Both the position numbers and the translations under genes were made by a program. From Candidatus Bathyarchaeia archaeon (lineage in GTDB: Archaea > Thermoproteota > Bathyarchaeia > Bathyarchaeales > Bathycorpusculaceae), in assembly GCA_050012255.1 (NCBI GenBank), contig JBEKHN010000002.1, positions 128,001 through 192,000 on the forward strand: a stretch of DNA of 64,000 nucleotides. Reading direction: 5' to 3'. The notes under the pieces are model-generated. The model had not been told where the DNA came from. It saw only the letters and a list, made by a program, of their open reading frames with translations, and ran no database searches. This document shows, one piece after another, positions 61,321-64,000 of this stretch; the stretch's first letter is position 1, and each line of letters begins with the position of its first letter.

Positions 61321-62085
61321 TTATTCAGAATTGTTTTGAAATACTTCGGCAGCTTCGATTTTTCCTCCTGAGCACTGTTTGATTAGTGACAATGCTGCTG
61401 CTACAGCCTCTCTCAGCCCGTTCCGCAATATCCCTGGAGCACCATATCCGACTATGACTACATTTCGTGTTTCAATCATAATCTTTGTGTGGTCAGAATC
61501 GCGGTAAGGATAGATGCTAAGGACCTGTTTTCTATCTGTTAAAACAAGAATCTTTCCCGTCAAAGAGATCGGTGCTTTCAAGCCAATTCCAGTGAAGGCT
61601 TCACCGTTTCTGGCAAAACGAACTTGAAACGGTGGAGCTATGCAGTCACGGTCGAATCCGCTCATTGGAACCATAGTTTTCACAGATGCCAGATTGTAAG
61701 CGTCCACAACCGTGGATATGTTTGGAAGCTCGTCACCACGCAAGACTCTTCGAACTAAGGCTTCACCAGCGGGCCTTGTCTTCGTTGGGTCAATGCCAAG
61801 CTTCCAATAAAAGTCCCGATAGTCTCTCACAGTCGAGTCATCTTTCAGGTCCACAATGTTATATTTGCTTCTGACCTCTTCGTACAGGATTTTCTTGAGT
61901 TGCCGGAGCTGCTCGTTGTCTTTTCGTGCAGTAACACCGTTGATCAGTCCTATACAGATCGCAAGTTGGGATAACTTTTCAGAGACTTCAGGGCTCCAGT
62001 TAACGTCTATTTGCATTTTCGTGCACCATTCAGTTCTTATTTTGGCCTCTGCATACTTAATAGCTTCAAGCAGAATCTCAACCAA
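61321..62085 (-). CDS. Stand-alone B3/B4 (PheRS-beta editing-like) domain protein; start probably 62016
   Basis: YRDFYWKLGIDPTKTRP..EAL.RR and VVDAYNLAS motifs. Confidence 0.88.
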   Translation of the reverse strand: MVEILLEAIKYAEAKIRTEWCTKMQIDVNWSPEVSEKLSQLAICIGLINGVTARKDNEQLRQLKKILYEEVRSKYNIVDLKDDSTVRDYRDFYWKLGIDPTKTRPAGEALVRRVLRGDELPNISTVVDAYNLASVKTMVPMSGFDRDCIAPPFQVRFARNGEAFTGIGLKAPISLTGKILVLTDRKQVLSIYPYRDSDHTKIMIETRNVVIVGYGAPGILRNGLREAVAAALSLIKQCSGGKIEAAEVFQNNSE

Positions 62086-62095
62086 AGGCTAAGAA

Positions 62096-62989
62096 ATGAT
62101 CGGTGAGCTTGCGGCGTTGGGCGCTGCTATCAGTTGGACAGTGTCAGCATTATTCTATGGAAAAGCGCTGCAACAGGCTAGGCCGATCTCTGCAAACATC
62201 ATTCGCCTGACGTTGACAGGCTCGATTTTGCTCTTGTTCCTCGTTTTTTTAGGCAAACTCACATTCTTGACTGATTTACCTATAGAAGTCGTTGCCATCT
62301 CAGCCGTCAGTGGCATAATTGGTCTGGGCTTAGGTGACACTTTATATCTGGTGAGTCTGAGCCGAATAGGCGTTGCACGAGCTGTTCCGATAACCTGCGT
62401 TTATCCATTGTTCAGCCTTGTATGGGCTGTTTTCCTCGTAGGTGAGCCGATCACTTGGGCCGTTGTCCTCGGGGCCGTCGTCATAGTTGGCGGGATATGG
62501 TTTCTTGGCCAGGGCATCCATGCAGGCGAAGTTGATACAAAGAAGAAACCGTTGGTCATTGGCATGATCTTCGCCCTTCTAACTGCCATAGTGTGGTCCG
62601 TTAGTATCGCAATGATGGATATCGCAGTGAGAGAAACGCCGGACCTGAACCACGCTTTGGCCATCAACACGATGAGAGTGATCGCAATTGCGGCCTTTTT
62701 ATTCGCGGCTTCTCCTCTGCTCGATCGGAAACTGGGCTTTCTGAAGGTGCCGAAGAAAACCGTGATGGCCTTGGTTGCTGGCGGAATCGTCGCACTGGGT
62801 CTCGGATGGTTTTTCCTGGCGTACAGTTTCGTGGAGATTGCACAATCTCGGGCTGTTCCAATATCTTCAACGACCCCCCTCTTTTCGACGCTAGCCAGTG
62901 TTTTCCTGTTGCGTGAAAAAGCCACTGCCCGAACTGCTCTTGGATCGATAATGATCGTGGTTGGAATTTTCCTAGTCTTTCTAGCATAA
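62096..62989 (+). CDS. DMT/EamA-family transporter
   Basis: About 10 TM segments in two EamA repeats (RAVPI...PLFS...E). Confidence 0.9.
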   Translation: MIGELAALGAAISWTVSALFYGKALQQARPISANIIRLTLTGSILLLFLVFLGKLTFLTDLPIEVVAISAVSGIIGLGLGDTLYLVSLSRIGVARAVPITCVYPLFSLVWAVFLVGEPITWAVVLGAVVIVGGIWFLGQGIHAGEVDTKKKPLVIGMIFALLTAIVWSVSIAMMDIAVRETPDLNHALAINTMRVIAIAAFLFAASPLLDRKLGFLKVPKKTVMALVAGGIVALGLGWFFLAYSFVEIAQSRAVPISSTTPLFSTLASVFLLREKATARTALGSIMIVVGIFLVFLA

Positions 62990-63077
62990 AACCGTTCTTT
63001 TCTGAAACCGTGTATAGCTTTTTATAGTGCGTGCCGTTCTAAGGGGGAACTTGGCGGATTTGCAAGGTAGAGATTGA

Positions 63078-63851
63078 ATGTCGGCGTCTCCGAGCGCTCG
63101 CGAGTCGGTTCTGGCCCGAAGAATCGCTGGCGAGATAATTCTCTCAAGCAAGCCTGGAGCTACTATGCGGAAGTGGCGTGAACTTTTCGCTATTTCACAG
63201 ATGAGACTTTCAGACAAGATGGTGGTTTCATCATCAGTGATCAGCGACTACGAAAATGGCAGGCGGCCGAGTCCAGGAGCAAGGTTTGTGAGAAGATTTG
63301 TTTGGGCCTTGCTGAAAATCGATGAAGAACGTGGAAGTCGTTTCACACACGAGTTTGCCAAACTGACGAGTTCGCCGAGTAACGCCATAATAGACCTTCG
63401 CGAATTCCCACTGCCCGTGCGCGTAGAGCATCTGTGCAAAGCCATCGAGGGCAAAGTCGTGGCATGCATGGACAGATACGTTAGAGAGATTAACGGTTAC
63501 ACTGTTGTGGACAGCAAGAGGGCTGTTGAAACGCTTTCAGGGCTGGAGTTCTCTCAACTCTTCGGTGTCACAACCGAGCGGGCGTTGATATTCACAAACA
63601 TAGAAGATGGCATTTCTCCCATGCTCATCGTGCGGGTCAGTAGTTTGAAGCCGCGCGTTGTGATCTTTCACGGTACCCAGCCGGACGAGTATTCGATACG
63701 GTTGGCGGAGTATGATGGCATCCCGCTCATATACTCCGGCCTTTCAAGTGTTGAGCGTCTGGTGAAATCTTTGAGAAAACTGTATCACATCGCCCTTCGC
63801 AGAAAGCTAGGCAGATCGGCACGTCCGCCGCCTCCACAAGTAAGCGCATAA
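63078..63851 (+). CDS. Archaeal XRE-type HTH regulator (COG1709-like)
   Basis: IAGEIILS..PG..MRKWRELF, SVISDYE.GRR.SPG and TERALIFT motifs. Confidence 0.85.
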   Translation: MSASPSARESVLARRIAGEIILSSKPGATMRKWRELFAISQMRLSDKMVVSSSVISDYENGRRPSPGARFVRRFVWALLKIDEERGSRFTHEFAKLTSSPSNAIIDLREFPLPVRVEHLCKAIEGKVVACMDRYVREINGYTVVDSKRAVETLSGLEFSQLFGVTTERALIFTNIEDGISPMLIVRVSSLKPRVVIFHGTQPDEYSIRLAEYDGIPLIYSGLSSVERLVKSLRKLYHIALRRKLGRSARPPPPQVSA

Positions 63852-63883
63852 GAACCGTTCAGATCTTGACAACATAAAATCTG

Positions 63884-64000
63884 CTAAGAAATTGAAGGGC
63901 TGACAAGTCCCCTTTTCAAAAACTCGTCTTTTATCCGCTGGAAGTCTTCCTCCAACTGTTTCTTGTATCGCGCGCTGTATAGAGCTGCCGCAGGGTGAAA
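63884..64000 (-). CDS. udg: Family-4 uracil-DNA glycosylase, C-terminal fragment (runs off window)
   Basis: Manual translation FHPAAALYSARYKKQLEEDF... Confidence 0.8.
   Translation of the reverse strand, partial: FHPAAALYSARYKKQLEEDFQRIKDEFLKRGLVSPSIS

Overview
Archaeal chromosomal window of mostly housekeeping genes. A TACK lineage, most likely Bathyarchaeia, is inferred from Alba, TFB, Gar1, an arcadin-1 homologue, a Cren7-like domain, a multi-intron tRNA and an Ftr paralogue. It holds purine genes (purQLSM, purFD), aspS, sucCD, ribosomal proteins, mat, truD, cdc48, fen1, trpB2, glmS, trm5, rtcA, nfo and pyrF, plus two tRNAs and a C/D-box sRNA. No CRISPR array, transposase or integrase was seen. 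Main observations: (1) pcm is split by a 31-nt insertion (46382-46412) that folds into a bulge-helix-bulge (BHB) motif; removing it at the canonical cut sites restores the frame and the SAPHM motif, which points to a tRNA-type intron in an mRNA. (2) A HAD hydrolase, a divergent Ftr formyltransferase and a PfkB kinase are tightly coupled to purF-purD, while step 3 (PurN/PurT) is the only one of steps 1-5 absent from the window, suggesting an alternative GAR-formylation module. (3) An unexplained ~300-bp non-coding element occurs twice, inverted, with an identical 29-nt palindrome/G-string core. (4) Initiator tRNA-Met carries two BHB introns (37/38 and 47/48). All product calls come from motif recognition by eye; no searches were run.
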